Positions 38,701 to 51,100 of a stretch of DNA of 64,000 nucleotides are shown one piece after another. The position numbers were made by a program, and so were the translations under genes. Source of the DNA: Takakia lepidozioides (Eukaryota > Plantae > Bryophyta); the NCBI GenBank assembly GCA_030704615.1, contig CM060733.1, positions 53,816,001 to 53,880,000 on the forward strand, read 5' to 3'. Position 1 is the stretch's first letter, and every line of letters begins with the position of its first letter. The notes under the pieces are model-generated. The model was not told where the DNA came from. It saw nothing but the letters and a program-made list of their open reading frames with translations, and made no database searches.

Positions 38701-39857
38701 AGGAATTCGATCCATAGCCACCCCTCACCATCCCTATCTTATCTTGGGTTGCATCAACCACATTTGTGTGGATCTCGGGTAGACCTCTCTCTGACCTCCA
38801 GCTCGACCCCAAGGAATGGGGATGGGCCTTTGGTCGCTCCCCATCCTCGCTTCTCACCTACACCCCAAAAAAAGCATACAAGGCACTTAACAATCCGCCT
38901 GCCCTCTCCTCCAAGTGGGGAGGCAAATGGAGCCACTTCAGATTCTCCAACGAAAACTGGCTAGTAATTTGGTCGTCTATCTGGCTGAAAATAAGACCCG
39001 CCAAGATCTTAGCATTTCTCTGGCAAGTAGCGAACAGAGCCCTAAAAGTAGGCGAGTGGTTGCAATTTCACGAAGCCCTGTTATGCTCATGCTGCTCCTC
39101 GAGCATCATAGAAACCCACGAACAGTGCCTCTTAACTTGTACCGCACCAGCGAAGATATGGCCCATGGTCAAGGTCTTCTACAGGCACTGGAGTCTTTCC
39201 GCCATCGGCCCTTTAGACCTACTACTCAACTACAACAGGAATGCAAGGGCGCGATCCTTTCCATGTCTAGTTTTTGAAACTCTCCGAGCCTCCACCCTAT
39301 GGCACTTGTGGCATGCTAGACACAGAAAGACCTCCAGTAATGAAACGATAAGTACCTCGGCTTTGCTGGCAATGGTGTATAAAGATCTTATTACGGAATA
39401 AAAAAAAGTATGGGCAAAATGTGTTGCAGATTGTCACAAGGCCCCCAAGCAGGCGCCCACAATCCATGCCACCTTCAGATCGACGTGGGCCTGCCATGGC
39501 ATCATTTGTCAAAGCGACGAGCACGCTGGAGAGACCTCAGAGCTCCATTCCACGGCCTCGCCTGAATTTAAGAGAGACGTAAAATGGAAACACGTCAAGC
39601 ACCCCACCACCACTTCCAGGCTTAACTTTCGCTAAATACGCTTCAGTTCTAGATTAGCTCCTCGGTAATCTCAGATGCATGTTGCGCTGATTGGAAGTCT
39701 CTCAGGATAAGGCTAGGCTAATTTTTGAGTTCTCTCTCTTGGTGCAGGATAAGGTTCACTCCTCACTGACTACGGTGTGTAACCCTCATGGTGTATCAGG
39801 GGTTTTATTTTTTTCCCCACAATTTTTGGAATAAATGATCTATATTGAAAAAAAAAA
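32800..39857 (+). mobile_element. Near full-length decayed L1-clade LINE retrotransposon
   Basis: ORF1 remnants (KGRGFFSIMF; CCHC knuckle CFGYGKHGHIKKNCP at about 33874). ORF2: AP endonuclease (SWNIRRL, FLQEHK, IYAPN, LAGDFN, RLDRFY), RT (CPGMDG, NYRPITLLN, LDFEKTFDRVEW, YVDD), GGLG, zf-RVT; then AATAAA and an A-tail at 39849-39857. Many stops and frameshifts; internal deletion near 36405 where the SDH motif is missing. 5' boundary approximate. Confidence 0.93.
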
Positions 39858-39869
39858 CAAATCCTGAAA

Positions 39870-39966
39870 AGTTAATTTATCCATACCCGGAGGGTAAACG
39901 ATTCGATAAAATTAATTTATGTATACCCTAAAGGTATATTGATATCAATATACCCACCCAACACTC
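39870..39966. mobile_element. Right end of a hAT-MITE abutting the LINE tail
   Basis: ATACCC subterminal motifs ending TACCCACCCAACACTC, followed by GTGTAAAC (same GTNNNNAC flank pattern). Confidence 0.45.
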
Positions 39967-40327
39967 GTGTAAACCAACAAGTACAAGTAAAGTGTCAATA
40001 TATATTTTCATATATTCGAGCTTATATGTACTTACTTTATTTTATTTTTATTTTTTTGCTCCAGCAAGTTGGCCAAGTTGAGCCTTGGGGGGGGGGACTT
40101 CCCTTGCAAGTTTTCTTTTTATTTCTTTTTTTTTGCAAGCCGACCTTGTGAATGGGCGGTGGGCTTATGAGCTCACCCCATGGGCCGTACTGGCGGGGCC
40201 CATAGGTGCATTCAAGACGCTAAGGTTAAAAAATGAGAGGCCTAAATATTACGATTCTTTATCATTGTATTATTTAAGGTGACCTGAAATTTTTCTAAGT
40301 CCTTGTTTACTTACCGCGGCGAACCTG

Positions 40328-40530
40328 CTAGCGGACTGGGCAGACCCTCCAACAGACTGATTCCAACCTTCTAGCGGACAGGCAGACCCTCTAGCAGATA
40401 GACGAGTGGACTGGGCAGACCCTCCTCTAGCAGACCGACAAACCCTCTAGCAGACGGACGAGCGGACTGGGCAGACCCTCCTTCAGCAGACCAACAGACC
40501 CTCTAGCAGACGGACGAGTGGACTCGCATA
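40328..40530. repeat. Degenerate tandem repeat (GCGGACTGGGCAGACCCTC / CTAGCAGAC units)
   Basis: Visible recurrence of these motifs several times each. Confidence 0.75.
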
Positions 40531-40631
40531 CCCTTCAACAAAATATATATTTGATAACACACATTACTACCACAGTACAACTTGACAGGATTTGAACACC
40601 AAACGTCATGTTTATTGTTCATTGTTCTTAA

Positions 40632-43600
40632 CCCTTAAGTGCCAAAACTCATTTCACCCTTTGGTGGAAAAACTTGACCCTCGCCCACAAAACCTTTTTT
40701 ATCTGGAGATTCTCTGTGTCCCTGTAAAACTAACCATTGGAATTACTTCCCACCTACCCCACCTCCTACCACAAAGTCAAAATCCAACTGCCAGATCTGC
40801 AGATTATAAGGTTTACAGTGGGGACAAAATCTCCACTAAGAAATAGGTGCCAAAAAAGCAGTTTTTTGCTCATATGTGGGCAATTTTTCTTTTTTTTCGT
40901 TTGACAGTCTCAAGAATGTTGTTCCATACCTGATAACACACATCCTCAGAAATTTTCAGTTTTTTCTGAAATGTTCTCAAGTGGGCTCCTTTATAGTGAC
41001 AACTTGGGGGGTCAAATTATGCCATTTTCTTTGGGCAGGCCAAAATCTCGCTTCCAAATATTCTGTAAAACATTTCAGCCATTCAATTCCTAACCCTCCG
41101 GTTGAAGTGTCAAGGGCATCCAAATGAGGTCCTAAAAACAAATTGAGACCAATCAGTAACTGCCATCACATCTTTAGGTTCCCTGCCCAAGACTTCAAAT
41201 GGCACACCTATGTGTCCTATGTGTCCTATGTGTCCTGCAGGCCTAGGACATTTGGAGCCATAGCCCACAAGGGTAGAAGGTTTTGGAGCTCCTCTAGCTA
41301 ACCGGCCCTGCTTTCTTGGGGGCCCACTCCACCCTCAACCCTATGAAACCCCCGCCCTAGGTTCGGCCCACCCCTAATAATGAGGGGTTTGGACTTTCCC
41401 ACCCCTCATAAGTATGGCATACCCGTCACCGGAAATGCATCCCCGGTTTTGCACATGAAGGTGATTTCACCGGAAATACATCCCGTATTTTTGACTTTAT
41501 CGGAATGTTTACAAACCACATAGCATATTCCAAACACTTTTGAAATTCAATCTGCAGGAGCCCCTGAATTTGTCTAAGTCCCATGTGTACTTGTGTCAAA
41601 AAGTTAGCCCCCTGCAATGCACGCACACCACCCTACCACCCTGTCATCCCCTACAATACATATTATCCATAAACAAAAATATAGCAATAGAGTGTCACCA
41701 TTGTCAAGAGTTCCAAGGTGTAGTCACTATCAAAATCGAGACATCAAATGCAACCTAGCGATGTCTACGGTGAACTCGAAGAAAACACTTGCCATGGCAC
41801 ATAAAGCGACTGTCACAATAGCCACAAAATGTGCGACACCTCTGGCTGCAAACAATGCATCTGCATCGTAAATGAGAACGCTCAAGCATATGAAGAGCCG
41901 GCGCATGTGAAGGTACCACCACAGATGTAGATGTGTAGCAATGTTGCCATCCCCTTGTCAGAGCCTCTGCAATCAACAATTGGAAGTGGGCATGAGTGAA
42001 TGCCTTTCTGCCCAAAGAAGCCATGTGTCTGCGGTACAGTAGCCACATATTCACCATGGATGTATCAAGGACGAAAAATCAGAGGCGGTGCCACCACTTG
42101 TGGGTGCGTGTTTGACAAGAGTATGATCCCCTCAATTGGTCCTGTACAGCAACCCCACGCATGTTGGCTTGATATTCCACATGAATGGGAGATGATTGCA
42201 CCTCCACCCGTGCACCAACAGTCCCATCCCACCGACAAACGGTTGCTGGTTCAGCAGCACTAGGGACAGAATTAGCACTAGTAGATAGCACAAAAAACCC
42301 ATTTATGGTCCCACCATAACAAGGCACAAATCTTGCGAGACCTATGCATCTTGTACCACACATCTCCACGATTCCCTCAAGTGTGCCCAAGCAAAGACAC
42401 AGGGACGCCAATACGATCAGTCCTGCAGGTGCCAATGGCATATGTTCCCAACTTCAACAACTCCCATAAAAGCATAGGAGATGTAAAGAAGTTATCAAAC
42501 ACCACTGTGTGACCCACATGGAAGAGCCCTTCCATCGTCTTCTTCACCACATCAAACCGCTGCCCGGCTACCCCTTTCCACTTACAATTCAGCCCAGCAC
42601 TGCCATCTTCAGCTCCCAAATACATTGAAATGTTGTACACAAACTTGGATTCAACATCAGCCACGCACCATACCTTGATACCCCATTTAGTAGGCTTTTT
42701 TTTCATGTACTGCCAGAAGGAATAGTACTTACCTGAGTAGGCAATCATCATCTCATCAACAGTAAGGTATTTTCTAGGGTTATACAAAGTACGACTGATG
42801 CGCCCCAAGTCCTCTACAAACCAGCGACACTTACCCAATCTATCATACTCAGGGCTGGACTTGTCTTGACACAATGTGGAATTGTCAACCAAATGAAGAC
42901 ATCGCATGATGGACTCAAAACCTATGTCTCTTCATCACCTTGCAGATGTGTGAGCAAGAAAAAAATTGGGAAGAAGGACACCAATACGATCCTATACTTG
43001 GCTGTTTTTCAGACCTATGTACAAGCATATGCCAATGAATACCTTCAACTCAGAAACAACCAATGGAATCCAGCCCTCCCCCCCCCCCCCCCCCCCTCGT
43101 TCTAACAGTAATTGGGTCAAGCACATAACCTGCATATCTGTTGGTCTGACAACATATACGGACCAGGTTGACTTGTGGAAAGAAAAGGTCAAACCAAGAG
43201 AGCAAGTGTCCCCTAAAAGAGCTAGGCAAAGTTGGGCCAGCAAAAGGACCAACAAATTTACCTAGGGTTCCAACCAAGTGGTCACTACTTGACTGCCAAT
43301 TGCTATCTTTGAAGAGATCCCTAAATTCCAAAGTATCCAAATCCAACCCGTCATCATAGATACCCAACTCATCCAACAGATCCTGAGGACTTTCCCCAGC
43401 CCAATTCCAATTGTCTTCATCATCCGTGTCCCCCTCATAAGCTGTAGGCTCATCACCATAGTCCTCGTCATCAGAAAATTCAGGGATGTCAATGACATCC
43501 ATCAAGTGTTGTGAGCACATATCCCCTCTACCATTGAGGACCAATTTTCCCCTTTTGTCACTTGTGCCATCCCCAAACAAAGTACTAGTGGGCAGCCTAA

Positions 43601-44102
43601 GCAAATCACATTGCGCAATGTGAAGTGCCCTCAAACCAAGTAATGGACCAAAGTCAGCCTCCACCATTTTATCTTGTGAAGGCACCTCAATCCAGGTCTG
43701 AACAATCTCACCATAACACCAATCTGATGTGGGATCCACCTATTCGTGAGACTCACCACAAACCACATGTTGCTTGACTCTAACAGGTACAGCAGGCCTG
43801 ATCGGACGTATTTCAGATCTACCAATAGATGTGCTAGTCAGATCTACTCTCTTTCGCAAATGAGAGTACACCCCAAGGTCAAACAAATTGCAAGAATCCT
43901 CCACATCAACACATTTTCCTTTTTCTGGACTAGAATTGGAATGAACACCTCTCCCTCTTAACTGCAAACTGGTCCTAAGAGGGGATGACAAGGCACTAGT
44001 ACCTTCAAAGTCAAGAGGCTGATTGTCAATCAAACCAGCAGGCTCAGAAGGTATAAGACCAGTTGGGGGCTGTTTCAAGGTCAAGTTCTGGCCATGGGAC
44101 AT
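40632..44102 (-). mobile_element. piggyBac-like (DDE_Tnp_1_7 / PGBD) transposon, decayed; transposase about 41755-43740
   Basis: LTVDEMMIAY, QYMKKKPTKWGIKVW, VVFDNFFTS, YQANMRGVAVQDQ (third Asp altered), KWWHRL, and a C-terminal Cys-rich domain CIVC...CGYC...CHGKCF; several frameshifts. Candidate end TTAA|CCCTT at 40628-40636; other end not found. Confidence 0.85.
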
Positions 44103-45151
44103 TAATTACTAGCGGGGATTGGGGGGGTCCGGATAGGGGCGCTCCCACCCTCCGCGACCCCTCTGCCACACGCGGGGCCCGCCGCAGCCACATGTGCGGG
44201 CATTCATGACCCTATTATTGTTAAATGAGAAGCGATATTAATATGTACATACAAAACCCGAAGAAAAACACTTACGTTCACTCGTAAGATAGTCACTAAG
44301 TTATATTGCAAGCGGTATATCTTCCATAAGTTGCCATGATTGAGCCATATACATGTGACATATGGGAGAGGGTACCGCAGCATAGGCCATAAAGTCCTCC
44401 ATAGAGTCCATGGCAAGGCCTGGCGGTAGCTTGTGTGCCAGCGTGGCAAGGAGAGGCGGGCAGGAGGGTAGTCCACAGGAGGGCTTGTGCACCAGCATGG
44501 CGTACAGTGGCTGCTATCCCGGCAGTGCGATCTGGGACATAATGCCAAGGACCGCCCGGTCGGTCTGCAGGTCACCCTTTCTCTCTCGCTGCTTGCCTCC
44601 GGGGGGCTATCCGATCCGTAGACTTAATGGAGGCGGCCCAACGTCATCCGTTCATACACCCTCATCTAGTCCGGGCTTCTCCCAGAGAGTTTTCATGCAT
44701 CCAAGCTACCCACCCATCGCAGCATGGCCGCGCCCGCGGGCGGGTCCGAGGTATCTCAGGAGCACCGGCAACAAGCTAATGAGAAAGCGGCGGCTTCCTG
44801 TTTGTTTTCGGCCGGTCACTCGAGCGCACTGCAGGAGATAAGCTCCCCGCTCCGTTCGCCCCACCCGCTATCACCCCTGCCTTCCCACCGGCTATCACCC
44901 GTTGCGGTCTGTCACCCATTTTGCTTTGTGTTTTTCGGTGGATTTTCAACTCTGGTTTGTTAGTCACGGATTTTTTATTTTTTTATTTTTTAAGGAAACC
45001 TGGGGGTGACTACTCACAATCCAGGCCCTTGAGGAGGGGGGGGGGATTAACCCCATTTCAGATAAGCCATTAGTCACACAGGAGGGAAACACACTGCCAG
45101 ACCACCCGGTCAAGAACAATCCACACACCGTGCAGGGCAGTAGGTTCGAAC

Positions 45152-46392
45152 CAGTGTTGTGCGGGTAAATCATTTACCCGGATTTACCCGGCGGGTAAAT
45201 CAGGGTAAGGGTATGATTTACCCTGATTGGCCCATTTCATTTACCCTTATCCTTACCCTTCAGACGGGTAAATAATCTGAGATACCCTTACCCTTACCCG
45301 TGTGATGGGTAAATAGTTTCCATATACCCTTTACCCGCGGGTAAATATATATTTTTGGAGGATAAATAGCAAAAGGGTAAATGAAAAACTACAGCCTTTC
45401 TTGGCAATTGGAGGGCCCATCTGGTGTGATCAGCATTTGGATTCGGGAAAAATGGAACAGGTAGTTATAAAGAATGCCCATGATTCAGCTGACTGCTCCC
45501 TTCACTTCGTGGCCAATGAACCTGTCTTGCTCACTGCTGCCACTGACGATTCCGTAAAGGTTGTTTTCGAGTTCTTGCCTTCCTATCTCAATTCAATGGC
45601 AGTTATTCAAGGCTTCTAGTTTGAAGTACCTATGCCCACCCTCCATCTCCTTTTCTCTGGTCAGAATTAACTTTCATGTTTTCTCTTCATTTGTTTGCTA
45701 CTTGGTCATAAAATTATATATAAGATAGGTCAGAGGTACATGAAGAGTTAATCTGATAGGAAAGTTGCTTCAAGAAGAAGGTCGATCTCGAGAGTGATCA
45801 GCAGAAACTGGTGGAGCAGACTAGGCTTGATGGCTTGCTTCATATATTGATGGTAGTACAGATTACAACTAGCTGCACTAACATATACTCATACCAGCTC
45901 CGTTTCGGCTTTTCTGCCGCCCCTCTCCATCCTACGCAGACTGAGCACAGGGTTTCTTGGGAGATGGGGATCTATTTTTCTTCGCTTTCCCTCTCGCATG
46001 TGGGATTTGTGGCAAGCATATGGTGTTAAACATGCAAGATGTAGCACAAGCTGGTCATTTTCCCTGATTTCTATCCCTAGTCAACATATGATACGATGAG
46101 CCTACTAAACCAATAAATAGACAATTGATTACCTTAATTAGTTAGTTATATTTTTTGAGTTGAGCATAACAAACTAAAAAAATTATATATCCTTCTATAT
46201 ATCCTTTATTTACCCAGCGGGTATAAAAAGGGTAAATCATATATCCTTACCCGGTATTTATCCTTACTTGGTCGAAAATATTGGCCTTTACCCTTTACCC
46301 GTAGGATAAATAAATGGACATATAAATAATTTTACCTTTACCCGGAGGATAAATAAACCTCTGATTTTTATTTACCCTATCCGGAGGATAAA
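45152..46392. mobile_element. hAT-MITE (CAGTGTTGTGCGGGTA end, TTACCC subterminal repeats) carrying host-gene sequence
   Basis: Left flank GTTCGAAC; dense TTACCC/GGGTAA at 45160-45385 and 46200-46390; right TIR absent (Helentron fragment follows). Confidence 0.6.
45392..45940 (+). pseudogene. Captured fragment of a UTP21/WDR36-like WD40 gene
   Basis: QPFLAIGG/SGVISIW...VIKNAHDSADCSLHFVANEPVLLTAATDDSVK followed by a GT donor, and later LRFGFSAAPL, resemble the plant UTP21 sequence as I recall it; frameshifted. Confidence 0.7.
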
Positions 46393-46457
46393 CAAGCGGC
46401 TAGACGCGTAATGGCTCCATCCTCCAATGTGGAGTGTGTAACGAAGTATTTTACATG

Positions 46458-47393
46458 CTATATTGTAGAATGATGATATTTAACAACATGGTTTGGTAGT
46501 TTGAAAGCTATATATATAGGTTTGTGATCTGTCCAATATGCCTCTGTAACTCCTGATATACATTGTTGGTTAGGCGTATTTGTCCAAATATGGTCCAACT
46601 GTTAATCATATATTGTAGTAGTTTTCATGAATTGAAGTGTCATATTGAACATCCTCATGAATTGTAGCAATTGTTTTGACATTGTTGAATCATTTTGTAA
46701 TATATTTATATTGAAATCCCCTATAATAATGGTGGGACAGAAAAGTGGTATTTTATAAAGAATTGTTTGTAGTTGAGACAAAAATATAGATATCGAAAGT
46801 GATGGAGGTTTGTAAATAGTAACTACATGAATAGCTCTTCTTGTATTTTTATTGAAAGTGGCCATTATATATTCAGCACCAGAGAATGAAAACACTTCAT
46901 GAGATACTAAGGACATTGTTGTGTCATATAACATCATGGTGCCATGACTACCATGTACAACGATATATGAATATTTTGTGGAATCCATAAACAGATTTAT
47001 ATTGGAATTAGGTTTGAAGTGCGTTTCACTAAAACATAAAATATGAGCCGTTTGTAAGTTGTGGTCTGCAAAAACATCTTCTTTATGTGATAACAATGAT
47101 CTTGTATTCAAGTGTTGTATAATTACATGTGATTGTTTGTATATGTGCAAAGTTGGAACGAGTAACTGCCATCGTGCGCTTGTATGTAGACGGTGCATCT
47201 CCTCTGCAACCCCATTGTCAACAAGAAGATTTTTCAATTGCAAATTCGCTAAGAGGTATAAGTTTTCTTTGTTACGTATGCGTGACAAAGTTGTATAACT
47301 TAAACCATGTTTATATACCCTTGTAGGATCGAATGCTAGATAGTCCAAAGTTAAGCTTTGAGAACGATGGATTGTTCGAGCGGCTGCTAATTG
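46458..47393 (-). mobile_element. Helentron-type rolling-circle element fragment: Pif1 helicase C-terminus fused to an AP-like endonuclease
   Basis: LAAARTIHRSQSLTLD...HGLSYTTLSRIR (Pif1 motifs V-VI), then HLNTRSL, CFSETH, TIYKPP, IIGDFN, QLDHIW, WTDHKPIY; one internal stop at 46602-46604. Confidence 0.8.
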
Positions 47394-47394
47394 A

Positions 47395-47710
47395 AACTCG
47401 CTGACAAAAGCTTGGCAAACCCAAATTCAATATGCATTCCACGCTGCACCCTTCTTCCTACCAGATATCAAAAAACTCGACAAAAAATCATTCATCTTAC
47501 CAAACGCGTATGCGGTTTACCAGTCAACACCCCCAATGCCTTAACGCAACTCCCAACCGATAGCTATGGAATTGGCTCAAGCCCATTAATTATTTCATAC
47601 GCCCGCACATGAGGTACACAGTTGAAAGAAACGCTAAATGACCCTGGGTGCCTTGGTATCATCTATCAGGGGCTCCTCAGATTCTTTGCCCAAAAGTACA
47701 ACGGTCTTCA
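47395..47710 (+). mobile_element. Non-LTR retrotransposon fragment (post-RT region, RTEX-like)
   Basis: KRVCGLPVNTPNALTQLP...YGIG...LNDPGCLGIIYQGL with stops. Confidence 0.5.
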
Positions 47711-48153
47711 CTCATTGTCATCCTTACACCCTCCCTCTCAAAACTTCATGGCGGCGAAGCCTTGCTGAAACTTAGAGCTACCATTTTAAAGAGCTTGAGA
47801 GGGAGGAAGAGATATGAGAAGGAGCGTTGGATTTTGCATTCTCGGCGCTCTGCATTAGTGTCTTCCATCAGCATCGGCATCAGCATCAGCAGTTTGTTTG
47901 ATTGTTTGTTAGATTCAGCAGTTTGGTTGATTGTTTGTTAGGTTCAGCTGTGTGGTGCGAATTCTCTAGCATTCAACAGGGCGATCTAGAGAGCTGGTGC
48001 TGTTGCTTTGGTAGTGCTTTGCTGGTACTTTGCTATGATTTGATTGGTGCGAATGCTCAAGAACCATGGCAGGACCAAACTCAAGGTATGCAATCTGCCT
48101 CAGATTGTCCCTTCGTATCTCCCCACAACTGATTGCATTATGATTATTTGTCA

Positions 48154-51100
48154 GGGGAGGTCTCCCGTGCTACTCAGGGGACCTCTCCCGTGCTAAATCC
48201 CACTGTTACCCTCATGGGAGGACTGTTTTGGTTATACTCGTGGTAGGTTAATGTCACGGGAGACCTCCCGTGATATTTAATACGTAGTGTCGAAGAGCGT
48301 CAAAGAGTGTATATTGGACAGGGAAAGAGGTCATTCGGCAAAGAGTAAGTCACTACCGTTTCACTGACCTATTATTTTTAGTTTGAAAAGGAGTATGGAA
48401 TCAGGCACTGCACACGCTAAGGGTCGGTCAAGGTGTCAGCCAAGGCGTTGGCCAAGGTGTCATTACCTAGAAGATGAAGAGTTGATGTCCGATATCCATA
48501 AAATATTGGAGGGGGACGGCAAGAACACCGATAGCAAAGTAAATGATGCCCCCCCAGAGTACATACCAGCATATTCACTAGAATACATCCCTGCAGAGGA
48601 CACGTATATACCGGCAGATTCACCAGTATACACCCCTGCAGAGGACACGTACATACCAGCAGATTCACCAGTTTACACCCTTGTAGAGCACACGTACACA
48701 CCAGTGTTGAGCGGGTATTGAATTTTTATTTACCCTCAGGGTAAGGATATCCTGAATTTTGAGAAAAGATTTACCCGTCGGGTCAGGGTATTATTATTTT
48801 TCAAATGGAAAGTAAGGGTCGGTTCCGGGTAATGCACATTTGTAGAACAAGCCGGGTCAAGGTATAACTGGGTACTTTCAAAATCCAACCTGAGGGTAAG
48901 GTTGTTTAACGGGACCAGATAATTTGGTATTACCCACCAAATAAGTAGAAGTTTAGGTAGGGTAAGGGTAGGGTAAATGGCAATTTCCCTAAGGATTTCA
49001 GATGAATTGGCAATATAACCAATATAAACCAATGAGATTCAAATAAGAAGAAATTAAAATTGAATATAGTTCAAAATAACTTGAGCATAATAAATCAATG
49101 GTAAGAAACTAAGTTTCAATCCCAAGAGTATAAAAACAAAATATAGGTACATCAATATACACGTGCAACGCACTAAAGCAGCCTAGAAAACCGCCATAAT
49201 ACCTATTTGCTTTGGGATTTGCGATTCGTCCTTGAGATACATTTAATGGCAATGGAATGACCTCGGCACAAGAACATCGGTAGCAAGCCCATTACCTGGA
49301 TTCCATTACCCGCCAAGAAAAACATTACCCGCCATAAAGGTCGGTAAATGCTGATGATTTACCCTTCATCCGGGTCCGGGTCCGGGGGAAACATAAATGA
49401 TACCCTTCATAATTAGGGTCCGGGTCCGGGTAAACAAAACCTGCCGGTCCGGGCATATATGGGTAACCTTACTTGGATATACCCGCCGGGTATACCCGGG
49501 TAAATTGTATACCCGCTCAACACTGAAACACACCTAGAGTGTACATACCAGCAAAGTCCAGACCAAACCACATCTCAGAACTTCACACCCCAAAAGAGCA
49601 AGCCATATGAATAGTAATCTGATGGAATTCGCGATTCGGCTGGGATTCACGGTCCCTACGGACGAAGACAACTTGGAGATTGAAATCCTCTCAAGAGCTG
49701 GGAATATCTTGACGGTATTCTCTACCATAATGCCCAGGAGAGACAGCAATTGGAGGAACAGCGAATCCAATCGGAACAGAAGCAGTTGGAGGACACGAAA
49801 AAAAAAACAAAACAAAACAAAACCTAAAGAAGGAAATGGAGATATGACGAAGAAGAAGGGGGAACAAAACGACGGAAGACCATCGATATCATGAATAGCC
49901 AAGAAAAGAGGCGTCTGAAGACTAACGAGATTTTCGACATGGATGAGGCCAAAAGAGTCGAGAAGACTCTCTTTAAGGAATACCAGGATATATTCCCGTT
50001 TGGATTTGACTTTGTCCAGGAAGTAGACGTCAACCGCTATTTTCTGGCCCCACAGCATATGGTAGATCGACCACTCTGTGAGAAGCACAAGTTGGAGATA
50101 AAATCATGACTAGTTGCGTACGACCTAATTGACTCAAAAATGCCTGTTTACTTGTTGCCACGACACGAGACAGACACCATGAAGGTGTGGAGCAGGAAGC
50201 CCGTCAATGAGCGCGAATTGCAGAAGACAACATTTTTTATTATCCGAGGCCAACACACATTGGTGGCAGCGGGCAGGTCTGGGGGAGGTCTCCCGTGTTA
50301 CCCCACCTTTCTGAAATTCTACTTACTGGTTGACTACGTAATTGTTCACTGTCCATTGTCCATTGTCTTTTCTGCTAATGCTAATCTACTGAAGTGTGAT
50401 GATTGCAGGAGCTTCTAGAGGATCCGACATTGAATAATGATGTGCTGATAAAATCTCTACGTTCATGGCCTGCTAAGATAGTGTGCTCGACGGATGAGTT
50501 GCGACTGGTGACTATCTCGAAGGTTCTGAACAAGCCCAACAAGGAGAATCTTTACGAACCGTCTTTCTATGAGAAGGCCCGTCACTGCCGAAAATATTAC
50601 CATTACAAGGAGAGGCCCCAAAAGTATGATGAGCATCGACGGGCCAAGACACAGAAGTGGAAGGTGAGTGTGACCACAGGAGGTCTCCCATCCTTTCTTC
50701 CCATTGTTCTATCAATGCAACGATGCAATGGATGTCTAGATTATATTTGATCTTTGGACTCAATCTCATTGTGTACTAGTCACAGGCGGCGATGGTCTCA
50801 TTTCGCCCCAAGATGATTGTCCAAACATTCTGGATTCCTTCTCTTCAGTTGAACAGAAGGAATTTCAGATCTTTCCACCATCTTCCGGGAACCAAATGAT
50901 CCCATCGTCATCCGAGATTGTGTTCACATCGAAGCTATAAGTTCGAATAGATTGATGGGTGTGGGAGAGCTTGATTAGTGTCGAAGAGTTGTCATGAAAG
51001 GTGCAAGATGCGAACAACCTTGGAGAGGCTGAAATGAGCAACCCCGCAAGGTTATTTTAAAATGATAGGTTGAGTGGCAAATGAGGAAGATTTGAGGACG

